A DNA stretch of 64,000 bases from Patescibacteria group bacterium (GTDB lineage Bacteria > Patescibacteriota > Gracilibacteria > Peribacterales > Peribacteraceae): positions 13,316 to 77,315 of the forward strand of contig JAHIYH010000045.1 of the NCBI GenBank assembly GCA_018814875.1, written 5' to 3'. Under the pieces are notes generated by a model that saw only the letters and a program-made list of their open reading frames with translations, did no database searches and had not been told where the DNA came from. The position numbers and the translations under genes were made by a program. Position 1 is the stretch's first letter; every line of letters begins with the position of its first letter. Below are positions 36,938 to 47,908 of the stretch, piece by piece.

Positions 36938-37712
36938 AAGAAATTGCAAATCTTACATACTCAACAACAGTTGCGCCCTCAAGATAATCAGAGATTTTCT
37001 TAGATGGATCTTTAACAAACTCCTGAGTGGTTAGTGAATTTTCCTCACGGAATTTCTTCTCTTTGCCAATCATAATTTTTTCCATGATTTCTGCAGGCTT
37101 TCCTTCGTTAGCGAGCTGTTCCTTCCAAATAGTTTTTTCACTTTCGACAGCTTCTGTGGTTACATCATCAGGAGTGGTGTAGATAGGATTCATCGCCGCT
37201 GCATGCATAGCAACATCTTTTGCCTTTTCTTCCTCGCCTTCGTTTATTCCAACAATAACTCCTATTTTGTTATTAGAGTGAACATAACTTCCTACGACTG
37301 GGGCTTCTATTACGACTACTTCCCCGACAGAAATATTTTCTCCGAGTTTTTGTACCACATCCGAGAGAATTCCTTCTACATGCTTTTTTAGTTCCTCCTC
37401 GCCTTTTTCCAGTAGGAGATTAGATAGTTCCTGACCAAACTTTTGGAAGTCGTCATTACGTGCGACGAAATCTGTCTCGCAGTGAATCATAAGCATCGCT
37501 GCCTTATTCCCTTCTTGTGTACAGAAGATGGCGCCTTCCTTTTGATCACGTTCTGCCTTTTTTACAGCTTGTGCTGCACCACTTTTACGAAGTAGTTCAA
37601 TAGCTTTTTCTTCATCGCCATTGGCTTCATCGAGCGCCTTTTTGCATTGTAAGATAGAAACGCCGGTACGGGTGCGAAGTGAGTAAATAGCTGATGCGGA
37701 AGTGTCTGCCAT
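36936..37712 (-). CDS. tsf: translation elongation factor Ts
   Basis: N-terminal UBA-like LRTRTGVSILQCKKALDEANGD; follows rpsB. Confidence 0.93.
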   Translation of the reverse strand: MADTSASAIYSLRTRTGVSILQCKKALDEANGDEEKAIELLRKSGAAQAVKKAERDQKEGAIFCTQEGNKAAMLMIHCETDFVARNDDFQKFGQELSNLLLEKGEEELKKHVEGILSDVVQKLGENISVGEVVVIEAPVVGSYVHSNNKIGVIVGINEGEEEKAKDVAMHAAAMNPIYTTPDDVTTEAVESEKTIWKEQLANEGKPAEIMEKIMIGKEKKFREENSLTTQEFVKDPSKKISDYLEGATVVEYVRFAIS

Positions 37713-37716
37713 GATT

Positions 37717-37752
37717 AGAAAAGTGAAAAGTGTAAAGTGTAAAGTGAAAAGT
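37717..37752. repeat. tandem (AAGTGWAA)n tract, no obvious partner arm
   Basis: aaaagtgaaaagtgtaaagtgtaaagtgaaaag in the rpsB-tsf spacer. Confidence 0.5.
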
Positions 37753-37762
37753 TCTAAACGTC

Positions 37763-38455
37763 TTATGTTTTCTTTTTTGCAGGAGCTCCTTTGAGTTCAG
37801 TTTCGATAACATCTAGAATCGCACTGAGTGATTTTACAGCATCATCATTCGCAGGAATAAATTCAGTGAAGCTGTCGGGATTTGAATTGCTATCACAAAT
37901 TCCAAATAGAGGAATGCCTTTTTTGTTCGCTTCGCGAACTGCTACATTGTCACATACTGCATCTACTACAAAGATTGCATCAGGAAGTTCTGTCATATTA
38001 GAAACACCAGAGAGCGCATTATCTAGCTTTGCGAGTTTTTTTCTGAGCATTTGCTGTTCCTTCTTTTTGTACTTCTCTATTTCTCCTGTCTGAAATGATT
38101 GCTGTAGATCTAGATAATACTTAATACGCCTTTTGATGGTTTGCCAGTTCGTCAGTAGTCCTGGGATCCACTTTTTGGTTACCACTGGTTGATTAAGTGA
38201 GTTGCCAAGTCTTTCGATTGGAACAATACTTTGCTGCTTGGTGGAGATAAAGAGGATAGTCTTTCCCTCAACGTAGAGCTTCTTGAGTTCTCTGCAAACG
38301 CGTTCCAAGTGCTCTTTGGTTTGCACCAGATCGAATATGTGAATACCTTTTTGTGTGCCATATAGGTATGGTGCCATCTTTGGATTCCACTTCTGTTTGC
38401 GGTGCCCAACGTGACATGTGGCTTCGAAGAGGTCTTTCTCAGTGATTGTAGACAT
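37763..38455 (-). CDS. rpsB: 30S ribosomal protein S2
   Basis: LFEATCHVGHRKQKWNPKM...IHIFDL; start trimmed to MSTITEKDL. Confidence 0.95.
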   Translation of the reverse strand: MSTITEKDLFEATCHVGHRKQKWNPKMAPYLYGTQKGIHIFDLVQTKEHLERVCRELKKLYVEGKTILFISTKQQSIVPIERLGNSLNQPVVTKKWIPGLLTNWQTIKRRIKYYLDLQQSFQTGEIEKYKKKEQQMLRKKLAKLDNALSGVSNMTELPDAIFVVDAVCDNVAVREANKKGIPLFGICDSNSNPDSFTEFIPANDDAVKSLSAILDVIETELKGAPAKKKT

Positions 38456-38490
38456 ATGGGAATGGGGTGAAGTTACGAGAGAATCGGATT

Positions 38491-38597
38491 GTTTCATTGT
38501 TCCATTGTTGGTGACTACTTCGAGAATCGCTTGCTTGCCCTGAGTGAGTGTAGTGATATCGAAGGGCGAACAATGGAGCAATGAAGCAATGGAACAG
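38491..38597. repeat. hairpin with CAATGGAA-type arms
   Basis: gtttcattgttccattgttg versus gaacaatggagcaatgaagcaatggaacag. Confidence 0.6.
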
Positions 38598-38693
38598 TAT
38601 CTTATTGAAGAGCAGACTTCAGCAATCTATGTAGAATCCTTATTCTTCCTCTCTCCGTCTTTTCGCCACTTTGCGGAGGACCCGCTAGGTCAC

Positions 38694-38735
38694 CCTTCGA
38701 TTCACCCGCTAAGGCGGGTTCACTCAGGGTAACGC
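38694..38735 (+). repeat. GC-rich CCTTCG-hairpin element
   Basis: ccttcgattcacccgctaaggcgggttcactcagggtaacgc, inside a larger GC-rich block about 38650..38770 bounded by ctctctccg / cgggagggag. Confidence 0.5.
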
Positions 38736-38823
38736 TTCGCGTTAGGACCGCGGCGATCGGGAGGGAGTGATGGATCTATTTTTACTTATTGAGATGGTAT
38801 AAGGCAAGAATTTACCGAAGAAA

Positions 38824-38890
38824 GTTTCTAGTTTCTGGTTATTAGTTTCTAGTTGGGATCGTTAACTAGAAACCAGAAACTAGAAACCAG
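38824..38890. repeat. hairpin with (GTTTCTA)n arms
   Basis: gtttctagtttctggttattagtttctagtt versus aactagaaaccagaaactagaaaccag; right arm overlaps the glyQS stop codon. Confidence 0.65.
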
Positions 38891-40472
38891 CCAACTTCTC
38901 AATCAGTTCCCCAACTGCAATTCGTTCTTGTTTCAGGCTATCACGATCACGAATCGTCACAGTATCTTTCTTACCTTGTTTCTTATCTTCACCAAGAGTT
39001 CCAAAATCGACCGTAACTGCTTTAGGAGTTCCGATTTCGTCCTGTCTGCGGTAGCGCTTTCCAATTGAACCTGTGATGTCGAAGTCGGTGACTAGGTCAG
39101 TTTTATCCAAAATCATCTTATGAATCTCCTGTGCTTTTTCGATCAAGTGATCTTTTTTGCTGAGAGGAAGAATTGCTATGTCAACAGGGGATAGGCGCGG
39201 ATCAAATTTCATAAGAGTTCGCACGTCACCATTTTCTAATTCTTCTTCTGTGTATGCATCCAGCAAGAAAGTGAGGACAGTACGGTCACATCCAAAGCTT
39301 GGTTCTATCACATGTGGAATAAACTTATTCTTAGGATCATTTGGATCGGTGTACTTAAGCTCCTCTCCGGAGAACTTTTCATGTTGAACTAGATCGAAGT
39401 CACCACGATTTGCGAGACCAAACAGTTCACCCCATCCCCATGGGAACTTGTATTCAATGTCTATTGTGCGGGAGCTGTAGTGGCTAAGTTCATCTTTATC
39501 ATGTTCGCGAATGCGCATCGTATCTTTATCAATCCCCAAATCCATGTACCAATCCCATACTTGCGCTTTCCATTCTTCAAATGCATCTGCATCTTTTCCG
39601 GGTTCCACAAAATATTCAATTTCCATCTGTTCAAATTCACGTGTTCGGAATGTGAAGTTGCCAGGCGTGATTTCGTTCCTGAATGCCTTTCCGATCTGTG
39701 CGACTCCAAAGGGGAGGCGAGGGCGCTCAGTATCAATAATATTCTTAAAGTTTGCGAAGATTCCTTGAGCAGTTTCGGGACGTAAGTAAATAGGAGTTCC
39801 TTCGCCTTCTATTACCCCTTGATGAGTTTTAAATAGAAGATTAAATGACTTGCCCTCTGTTAATTCTCCACCACAGTAAGGACAAGGAGTTTGCAATCCG
39901 TCGCGTGTTAGTTGTTCTGTAGCTAAGTAGCGAATTAGTTCTCTTATGGAGCTTAGAATTTCTGTTTCAGACCAACTTAGTGATTCGAGCTTTTCTGAGA
40001 CCCACGAAATAGTGATGGAAGGATTCCTAACAAGGGCAAGATTTGGTGCAAGTTTTGTCGCTGTTTTTTCTCCCCATGTTTTAAGATCGGATAATGTCAC
40101 TTCTTTTTGTTTGTATAATTCTGTAAGTGATTGGAACCATGAGCTTTGTTCAATCAACATGTCCCAATGATCCATGCGGATGTGTTTTTTGCAAAACTTG
40201 CATGTGCTCATTAGATCTGTGAATAAATCGAGGTGCCCGCTTGCTTCCCAAACTTTTGGGTTCATCAAGATTGCACTGTCTAACCCAACAATCTCTGGAC
40301 GCTTGTGTACAAATGTCCGCCACCACTGTTTCTTCACATTGTTTTTCAGCTCTGCTCCAAGTGGGCCGTAGTCCCATGTGTTTGCCAGTCCTCCGTAGAT
40401 TTCTGATCCAGGGAAGATAAAGCCCCTGCGTTTGCAGAGGGAGACGATTTGGTCGAGAGATTCAGCTGGCAT
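38880..40472 (-). CDS. glyQS: glycine--tRNA ligase (dimeric class II type)
   Basis: RRGFIFPGSEIYGGLANTWDYGPLG N-terminus, class II motifs, anticodon-binding C-terminus. Confidence 0.93.
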   Translation of the reverse strand: MPAESLDQIVSLCKRRGFIFPGSEIYGGLANTWDYGPLGAELKNNVKKQWWRTFVHKRPEIVGLDSAILMNPKVWEASGHLDLFTDLMSTCKFCKKHIRMDHWDMLIEQSSWFQSLTELYKQKEVTLSDLKTWGEKTATKLAPNLALVRNPSITISWVSEKLESLSWSETEILSSIRELIRYLATEQLTRDGLQTPCPYCGGELTEGKSFNLLFKTHQGVIEGEGTPIYLRPETAQGIFANFKNIIDTERPRLPFGVAQIGKAFRNEITPGNFTFRTREFEQMEIEYFVEPGKDADAFEEWKAQVWDWYMDLGIDKDTMRIREHDKDELSHYSSRTIDIEYKFPWGWGELFGLANRGDFDLVQHEKFSGEELKYTDPNDPKNKFIPHVIEPSFGCDRTVLTFLLDAYTEEELENGDVRTLMKFDPRLSPVDIAILPLSKKDHLIEKAQEIHKMILDKTDLVTDFDITGSIGKRYRRQDEIGTPKAVTVDFGTLGEDKKQGKKDTVTIRDRDSLKQERIAVGELIEKLAGF

Positions 40473-40522
40473 ATCGAAGCATACGGTACAGTAATGGTGT
40501 GGGGGTCACAATAATATCAGAT

Positions 40523-40616
40523 GCATTGTTCAATTGTTCCATGGTTCCATTGTTCTAAAGAGGCACAAGCCTGTTTATCGCTTGCGAACAATGGAGCAAT
40601 GAAACCATGGAGCAAT
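40523..40616. repeat. hairpin with CAATGGAA-type arms
   Basis: gcattgttcaattgttccatggttccattgttc versus gaacaatggagcaatgaaaccatggagcaat; divergent spacer. Confidence 0.65.
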
Positions 40617-40706
40617 ATACAGAAAAACACCACTACCTAATATCGTCAATTTATGTTATAATTAACCCAAATACCCACATTCACTATACGCGTACTTTCT
40701 AGATGT

Positions 40707-42359
40707 TTGGCAATCCTAACAGGACTAACTATTCCGTTGAGTGTATTAGCAGTAGAAGTGGAAGGAGAAGTCGCCGGTTTGAGTAATGGCAATCTGACGT
40801 TAATTGGATGTATTGCAGTTGGAGCAATTATCGGATGCTTACTCGCACGATTTTGGATGGGCATTTGCAATAATGTTTTGCTGGATCATGAACCGATTTC
40901 TTCTATTCAAAAACGCAAACCTTACTTCCCACGATCGCGCATGGTTTTTGGCACTGTGTTAGTGACCGGTGCGGTTTTCATTTTTTCTATGCGTGTGCTG
41001 GGTGGAGTGGCTCCATTTGATACGATGCAAAACTCTACGTTGCTTCTGGGATTCCTCGTAGCAGGAACAGCTTGTGTATTACTACAAATAAAATTCAAGT
41101 GGTCACGCGATTATATCTTCGCAGCGCTGATGGGAACCGTGCTTGCATTTGGGTTGCTTGGTCTTACACAAGTACTTCTGTACACGGATGCTCATCAAGA
41201 TCCTTTCATTATGGCATTGGGAATTGTATGCGCGATAGTGCTTTGGAGATTTCTGTTTGGACCTTGGACACCACGCATTAAAGCTGTTGTTCTTGGATCA
41301 TTTATTTTGTGGGTTGGTGTAAATGTGCTCTTCAAAGAAAATTCAGATGAGCGATTTGCACATTTGATTGCAGCTGGAGTTGCACTCATTCCGGCGTTTA
41401 TCTGGTGTTGGTTCTTTTTGGAATATCACAAACAACGATGGAGCATGGTATTACTCATGTTCTTTGCTGGAATGTTATCTACGGCGCCGATTCTCTTTTA
41501 CGATTCACTGGTACGGCGTGGCGTAGAATTGCAGTTCTTCCTATTTAAGATTGTTCCACAAAACTTCAGCAGCGTATCCAATGCATTTGTGTCTGGTGAT
41601 ATAATCAGATCGTCTGGTGTTAAGTCGACGATTCTGTCGATGTTCATATCATTCCTAATCGTGGGACTTATAGAAGAAGCATCCAAATTGTGGGTGCTCA
41701 AAAAGAGCGGAAGACAGTTCTTTTCCAGTATTGATGATGTCATTCAGATGGCAGTGATTGTTGCAATTGGATTTGCATTTGCAGAGAATGTGCTCAATCC
41801 CACGTACTTCTTGGGATTTGTGCGCGAGTTTCTTACTCAGTCTTCTGAGCCGCAGTGGTTGGCATTTATTGGAAACGTTTCGGGGCGAGCGATCCTTACA
41901 ACTATGGTGCATATTGTTGCATCGGGTGTGATGGGATACTTCTTGGGGCTTGCGATCTTTGCAAAACCATATTTGGATGATGTACATAAAAAAGGACGTG
42001 TTCCCATTGTTGCAGGCTTGCTGCACTTCATATTCCGTTTCCCGGAAAAAAGAGTGTTTCGTGTACAGATGATTCTTATGGGACTCACGCTCTCAACGGT
42101 TTTACATGGGCTCTTCAACTTCATGGTTACGTTGCCTGATATGCTTCCCGGACGACCAGAAACCTTTGGAGCTCTTCTTGGACTTTCGGAAAGCAATTTC
42201 TTAGGTGGGATTCCAATCTTGCTATTGCCGTCTTTCCTTTACATCGTTGGAGGGTTCTGGCTATTTACAGTTCTGTTCTATCGTCAGGAAAGTGTGAAGG
42301 AACGTGGCAGACTGGTTACGACTGATACGTTTGTTAGGGGGGAAATGGCTGGGGCTTGA
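40707..42359 (+). CDS. polytopic membrane protein, PrsW-family intramembrane protease-like
   Basis: >=10 predicted TM helices; GLIEEASKLW (EE motif) and HGLFNF (HxxxN) resemble PrsW signatures; TTG start. Confidence 0.55.
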   Translation: MAILTGLTIPLSVLAVEVEGEVAGLSNGNLTLIGCIAVGAIIGCLLARFWMGICNNVLLDHEPISSIQKRKPYFPRSRMVFGTVLVTGAVFIFSMRVLGGVAPFDTMQNSTLLLGFLVAGTACVLLQIKFKWSRDYIFAALMGTVLAFGLLGLTQVLLYTDAHQDPFIMALGIVCAIVLWRFLFGPWTPRIKAVVLGSFILWVGVNVLFKENSDERFAHLIAAGVALIPAFIWCWFFLEYHKQRWSMVLLMFFAGMLSTAPILFYDSLVRRGVELQFFLFKIVPQNFSSVSNAFVSGDIIRSSGVKSTILSMFISFLIVGLIEEASKLWVLKKSGRQFFSSIDDVIQMAVIVAIGFAFAENVLNPTYFLGFVREFLTQSSEPQWLAFIGNVSGRAILTTMVHIVASGVMGYFLGLAIFAKPYLDDVHKKGRVPIVAGLLHFIFRFPEKRVFRVQMILMGLTLSTVLHGLFNFMVTLPDMLPGRPETFGALLGLSESNFLGGIPILLLPSFLYIVGGFWLFTVLFYRQESVKERGRLVTTDTFVRGEMAGA

Positions 42360-42376
42360 GGGGATAAAAGTAATAG

Positions 42377-42565
42377 AGGAATGTAGAGGAATCCAAAGAA
42401 ACCAAAGAAACCAAGGAATCCGAAGGGCGATTTTAGTCTTTGTGTAGCGAATCTATATTATTCTTTGGATTCCTTGGATTCTTAGGTTTCCTTGGATTCT
42501 TAGGTTTCCTTGGATTCTTAGGTTTCTTTGGATTCTTTGGATTCTTTGGATTCCTTCCTCTACAA
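42377..42565. repeat. long hairpin with (CCAARGAAW)n arms
   Basis: aggaatgtagaggaatccaaagaaaccaaagaaaccaaggaatccgaaggg versus about 100 nt of ttctttggattccttggattcttaggtttcc repeats. Confidence 0.7.
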
Positions 42566-42641
42566 TGATCTGAGGAATTTTTACTTCTCAACACACATTT
42601 TTTCGTCCATACTTTCCACCCTACGTCCTCCATATTCTTCT

Positions 42642-44303
42642 ATGAATTTCACTTCCCGTTTAGCAAAGATTTTAGTTCTCAGCGTGTTCTGTATCACGGT
42701 AACAGTTCCGCAGAATGTTGGAGCAGCCAGTGTTGCAGACACTTTGCGTGTCCCCGATGCACTTCCGATTTCCCGTGGTGACTTTGTGCGTGCAGCCGTG
42801 AAAGTATTACGCATGAACGTTGGGAATGGAAAATCAGCACTGCCATATGTGCGTGTTCCAGATGCACTAAGGCCGTATATCGAGACAGCACATATCAAAG
42901 GAGCACTTGAAGTATTTACAGATGATCTTCAACTTGCACGTTCCATTACACGTGGGCAAGCACTTTTTGTTTTAATGAAATTACAGGGATTGAGTGGGAA
43001 TGAGACTGGATTGACGTATGAAGATGTACATAGTGGCACACCCGAAGCAAAAGCAGTATTAACGGCTGTGAGACTTGGGTGGATGGCTCCGGTAAGTTCT
43101 AAGTATTTTGGTGTTCGTCGTGTTCTCAAGGGTACAGACGCGAAGAGTCTGCTGCGTAAAGTGGTAGGAGAAGCAGAGCCCACGCGTACTGCTCCAACTA
43201 GATTTCAAACAACAGCTCCTACTCCTAATATTTCTGTTACAGTAAAGAGTGTTGGCACTTCGTCATCATCTAAGTTGCCCAAGGCGCAGATCCTAGAAGC
43301 GATTTGGTCATATATTGGAGATAATTTCCTTTACACCGAAGATATTGATTCGGAGGAAGCGGCTTATAGTGCTGCCGAAGCAATTGTAAAATCTCTTGGT
43401 GAGCCATATACCACATTCCTACGACCTGCAGGCATCAATAATTTGGAGACTCAGATTCAAGGTGTTGTTACTGGAATTGGGGCACAGGTGGAGCAGCGTC
43501 ACGGAATTTTGACGATTGTATCTCCTTTGCGTTCATCTCCTGCAGAATCTGCAGGTCTAAAACCAAATGATGAGATTTTAAAGGCAGACGGAGTTGATTT
43601 GACAAGTCTTCCGTTTATGGAGGCTGTAGACAAAGTGCGAGGTCCAAAAGGAACGAAAGTGAAGCTCCTGATTCGTCGAGATGGGGAAGAGTTTGAGGTG
43701 AATGTAACTCGGGATACGGTGCGTGTACCGGAGATTGAAGTGACATGGCAGGATGGAATTGCAATTGTGCTCCTCATGCAATTTGGCAAAGCGACTGAGA
43801 ATGATTTGCGTTCTACAATGGAAGGGATTCAAAGAGAGAACCCAAGAGGGATTGTTCTAGATTTGCGCAGTAATCCAGGTGGACTTTTACATGCAGCGAA
43901 CATTGTTGTGAGTAATTTTACTCCATCCGGAACTTTGGTTGCACGAATCGTGTCACGTGATGGTGTGAGAACTGACGAGACTACTCAACCGCCAACTATC
44001 CGTTCAGATATTCCTATGGTGGTTCTTGTAAACGAAGGTTCTGCCAGTGCATCAGAGATTGTTGCAGGTGCTCTCCAAGATCATGGTCGCGCAACTGTGG
44101 TTGGTACTAAAACGTTTGGAAAGGGAACAGTTCAGCAGGTTATTCGTTTTAATGATGAATCGGGGCTTAAGATAACTGTTGCAGAATGGCGTACTCCAAA
44201 TGGTCGTCAAATTGATGGCACAGGTCTCCAGCCGGATGTCACGGTTCAGTATGATTCTGAGCGTGACGAGCAAATGGTGAAGGCTATGGAGATATTGAGA
44301 TAG
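42642..44303 (+). CDS. S41 family C-terminal processing peptidase
   Basis: signal peptide, PDZ region, LDLRSNPGGLL and VLVNEGSASASEIVAGALQD motifs; start trimmed to MNFTSRL. Confidence 0.85.
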   Translation: MNFTSRLAKILVLSVFCITVTVPQNVGAASVADTLRVPDALPISRGDFVRAAVKVLRMNVGNGKSALPYVRVPDALRPYIETAHIKGALEVFTDDLQLARSITRGQALFVLMKLQGLSGNETGLTYEDVHSGTPEAKAVLTAVRLGWMAPVSSKYFGVRRVLKGTDAKSLLRKVVGEAEPTRTAPTRFQTTAPTPNISVTVKSVGTSSSSKLPKAQILEAIWSYIGDNFLYTEDIDSEEAAYSAAEAIVKSLGEPYTTFLRPAGINNLETQIQGVVTGIGAQVEQRHGILTIVSPLRSSPAESAGLKPNDEILKADGVDLTSLPFMEAVDKVRGPKGTKVKLLIRRDGEEFEVNVTRDTVRVPEIEVTWQDGIAIVLLMQFGKATENDLRSTMEGIQRENPRGIVLDLRSNPGGLLHAANIVVSNFTPSGTLVARIVSRDGVRTDETTQPPTIRSDIPMVVLVNEGSASASEIVAGALQDHGRATVVGTKTFGKGTVQQVIRFNDESGLKITVAEWRTPNGRQIDGTGLQPDVTVQYDSERDEQMVKAMEILR

Positions 44304-44335
44304 TTTCAGGTCTTTTGTTTAGGATTCTTTTTCTT

Positions 44336-44396
44336 GATGAGGTGTCGGGTGTCGGGTTTTAGGTTTCAAAAACTGGTATTCAGGTTTGTTTCTGCC
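44336..44396 (+). repeat. 61-bp direct repeat, copy 1
   Basis: gatgaggtgtcgggtgtcgggttttaggtttcaaaaactggtattcagg(t/c)ttgtttctg, one mismatch versus 44718..44778. Confidence 0.8.
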
Positions 44397-44465
44397 ATTT
44401 AACACATGATACATATAAATGCAGTAATCTCTTGTTCATGTTACATGAGGTGCTATTGTCGATTT

Positions 44466-44657
44466 ATGATTGACGAAATGATGCGAGAAACATTAGAAAA
44501 TCTTTCAGAACTTTCTCCTGAACAGCGTAAGAAAGTATTGAGTGGTTTAGGTTTATCTTTAACCGCACGAAAAAATATTGAGTCTTTGCTGAAGCTATTG
44601 CCACTGGATGATGATCCTGAAATGGGAACCGGTTGTGGCGTACTGCGTCCGTCTTAG
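44466..44657 (+). CDS. small hypothetical protein (63 aa) bracketed by the 61-bp direct repeats
   Basis: MIDEMMRETLENLSELSPEQRKK...; gaggtg about 15 nt upstream; no known domain. Confidence 0.4.
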   Translation: MIDEMMRETLENLSELSPEQRKKVLSGLGLSLTARKNIESLLKLLPLDDDPEMGTGCGVLRPS

Positions 44658-44717
44658 TATCCAGAACTTCCGGGCAAAGCAGCGAAAGATCTGCCACGAA
44701 ATATTAAATAACTTTCT

Positions 44718-44796
44718 GATGAGGTGTCGGGTGTCGGGTTTTAGGTTTCAAAAACTGGTATTCAGGCTTGTTTCTGTAACCTGACACTTGACACCT
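44718..44796 (+). repeat. 61-bp direct repeat copy 2 plus complementary right arm (complete hairpin)
   Basis: aggtgtcgggtgtcgggtt pairs with aacctgacacttgacacct; both mismatches are G:U-compatible only in a plus-strand RNA. Confidence 0.7.
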
Positions 44797-44807
44797 GTAA
44801 CCTAGTC

Positions 44808-45023
44808 CTACATATTTGAATAAAACTGCTTCTTCCTATTAACAGCCCTGTACTCCTCGCGTTTGAGAGCAGATCGACGACCTGCACGCCTAGTGAGCTT
44901 CTTTTTGAATGTGGCTCGTGTTCGCATCATCTTCATTAGCCCGGTTTTTTGTACCTGCTTCTTGAAGCGCTGCATGAGAGCATCATTACTTTCGTTGCCT
45001 TTTCTGTTAGCGTAGATTGCCAT
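44808..45023 (-). CDS. rpsU: 30S ribosomal protein S21
   Basis: 71 aa, basic; ALMQRFKKQVQKTGL...REEY pattern. Confidence 0.9.
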   Translation of the reverse strand: MAIYANRKGNESNDALMQRFKKQVQKTGLMKMMRTRATFKKKLTRRAGRRSALKREEYRAVNRKKQFYSNM

Positions 45024-45088
45024 TTCTGGTAGAGGTTAAGGGAGAGGCGTGTATTTATCAAGAAAAATAGAGAAAAAAGAAAGTAACA

Positions 45089-45181
45089 AGTTCCAAGTAC
45101 CAAGTACCAAAAAGGTCCAAGTTCCAAGTACCAAGTACCAAAAAGGTAGTCTTGGGCCTTGGAACTTGGTACTTGGAACTT
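45089..45181. repeat. hairpin with (CCAAGTA)n arms
   Basis: agttccaagtaccaagtaccaaaaaggtccaagttccaagtaccaagtaccaaaaagg versus ccttggaacttggtacttggaactt; divergent spacer rpsU/gyrB. Confidence 0.7.
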
Positions 45182-45197
45182 CCTATAAGGAAGATAA

Positions 45198-47282
<2,085 letters not shown>

Positions 47283-47286
47283 CACA

Positions 47287-47425
47287 AGGGGTAAGGGGAA
47301 AAGGGAAAAGGGAAAAGGGTAAGGGGAAAAGGGAAAAGGGTAAGGGGAAAAGGGAAAAGGGTAAGGGGAAAAGGTAAAGGGAAAAGGGTAAGGGGAAAAG
47401 GTAAAGGGAAAAGGGTAAGGGGAAA
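47287..47425. repeat. purine-rich arm: about 140 nt of GGGTAAGGGGAAAAGGGAAAAG-type tandem repeats
   Basis: higher-order repeat of GGGAAAAG / GGTAAGG units; complementary to 47840..47907. Confidence 0.75.
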
Positions 47426-47479
47426 ATGAATGCATGGAATGTTTGACATGCATAAATGATTGAATGAAGATGAGAAGCT

Positions 47480-47839
47480 ATGGCTGGTAATCCTATTCTT
47501 CGGCAAAAGGCATTCACGTTTGCATTGAGCACTGTCACTTTTTGCAAAAAATTGAATGAAAATAGAGAGTATGTACTTAGTAATCAGTTGCTCAAATCAG
47601 GTACTTCTATTGGTGCTAATATTGAAGAGGCTCAACAAGCAGAAAGCAGAAAGGATTTCATTTCGAAATATTCCATTTCTCTAAAGGAGGCTTACGAAAC
47701 ACGCTATTGGCTAAGACTAATTGGTAAAGGTGTAGAAGGGACTGAAGAAGTTACTGCAAAGCTATTGAGCGATGTTGATGAAATCATTCGCATTCTTGTT
47801 GTAAGCATCAAAAGCTTGAAAGCAGGTCTAAAAAAATAG
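47480..47839 (+). CDS. four-helix-bundle protein (23S rRNA IVS protein family)
   Basis: QLLKSGTSIGANIEEA...ETRYWLRL motifs of the family. Confidence 0.85.
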   Translation: MAGNPILRQKAFTFALSTVTFCKKLNENREYVLSNQLLKSGTSIGANIEEAQQAESRKDFISKYSISLKEAYETRYWLRLIGKGVEGTEEVTAKLLSDVDEIIRILVVSIKSLKAGLKK

Positions 47840-47907
47840 TTTCCCCCTTTCCCTTTACCCCTTACACCTTTTACATTCCCCCTTACCCTTTCCCCCCTTT
47901 CCCTTTC
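47840..47907. repeat. pyrimidine-rich arm complementary to 47287..47425
   Basis: tttccccctttccctttaccccttacaccttttacattcccccttaccctttccccccttt... Confidence 0.7.
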
Positions 47908-47908
47908 G

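Noticed and set aside
38544-38732. 62-aa ORF in the rpsB upstream region
   Set aside because: It spans a repeat hairpin arm and the GC-rich element block. It has no RBS, and its composition is driven by the repeats.
47283-47425. Possible CRISPR array because of regular short repeats
   Set aside because: The units are 7-9 nt and contiguous, with no 25-40-nt unique spacers. A complementary array lies 400 nt away, so this is a hairpin arm, not a CRISPR array. No cas genes are in the window.
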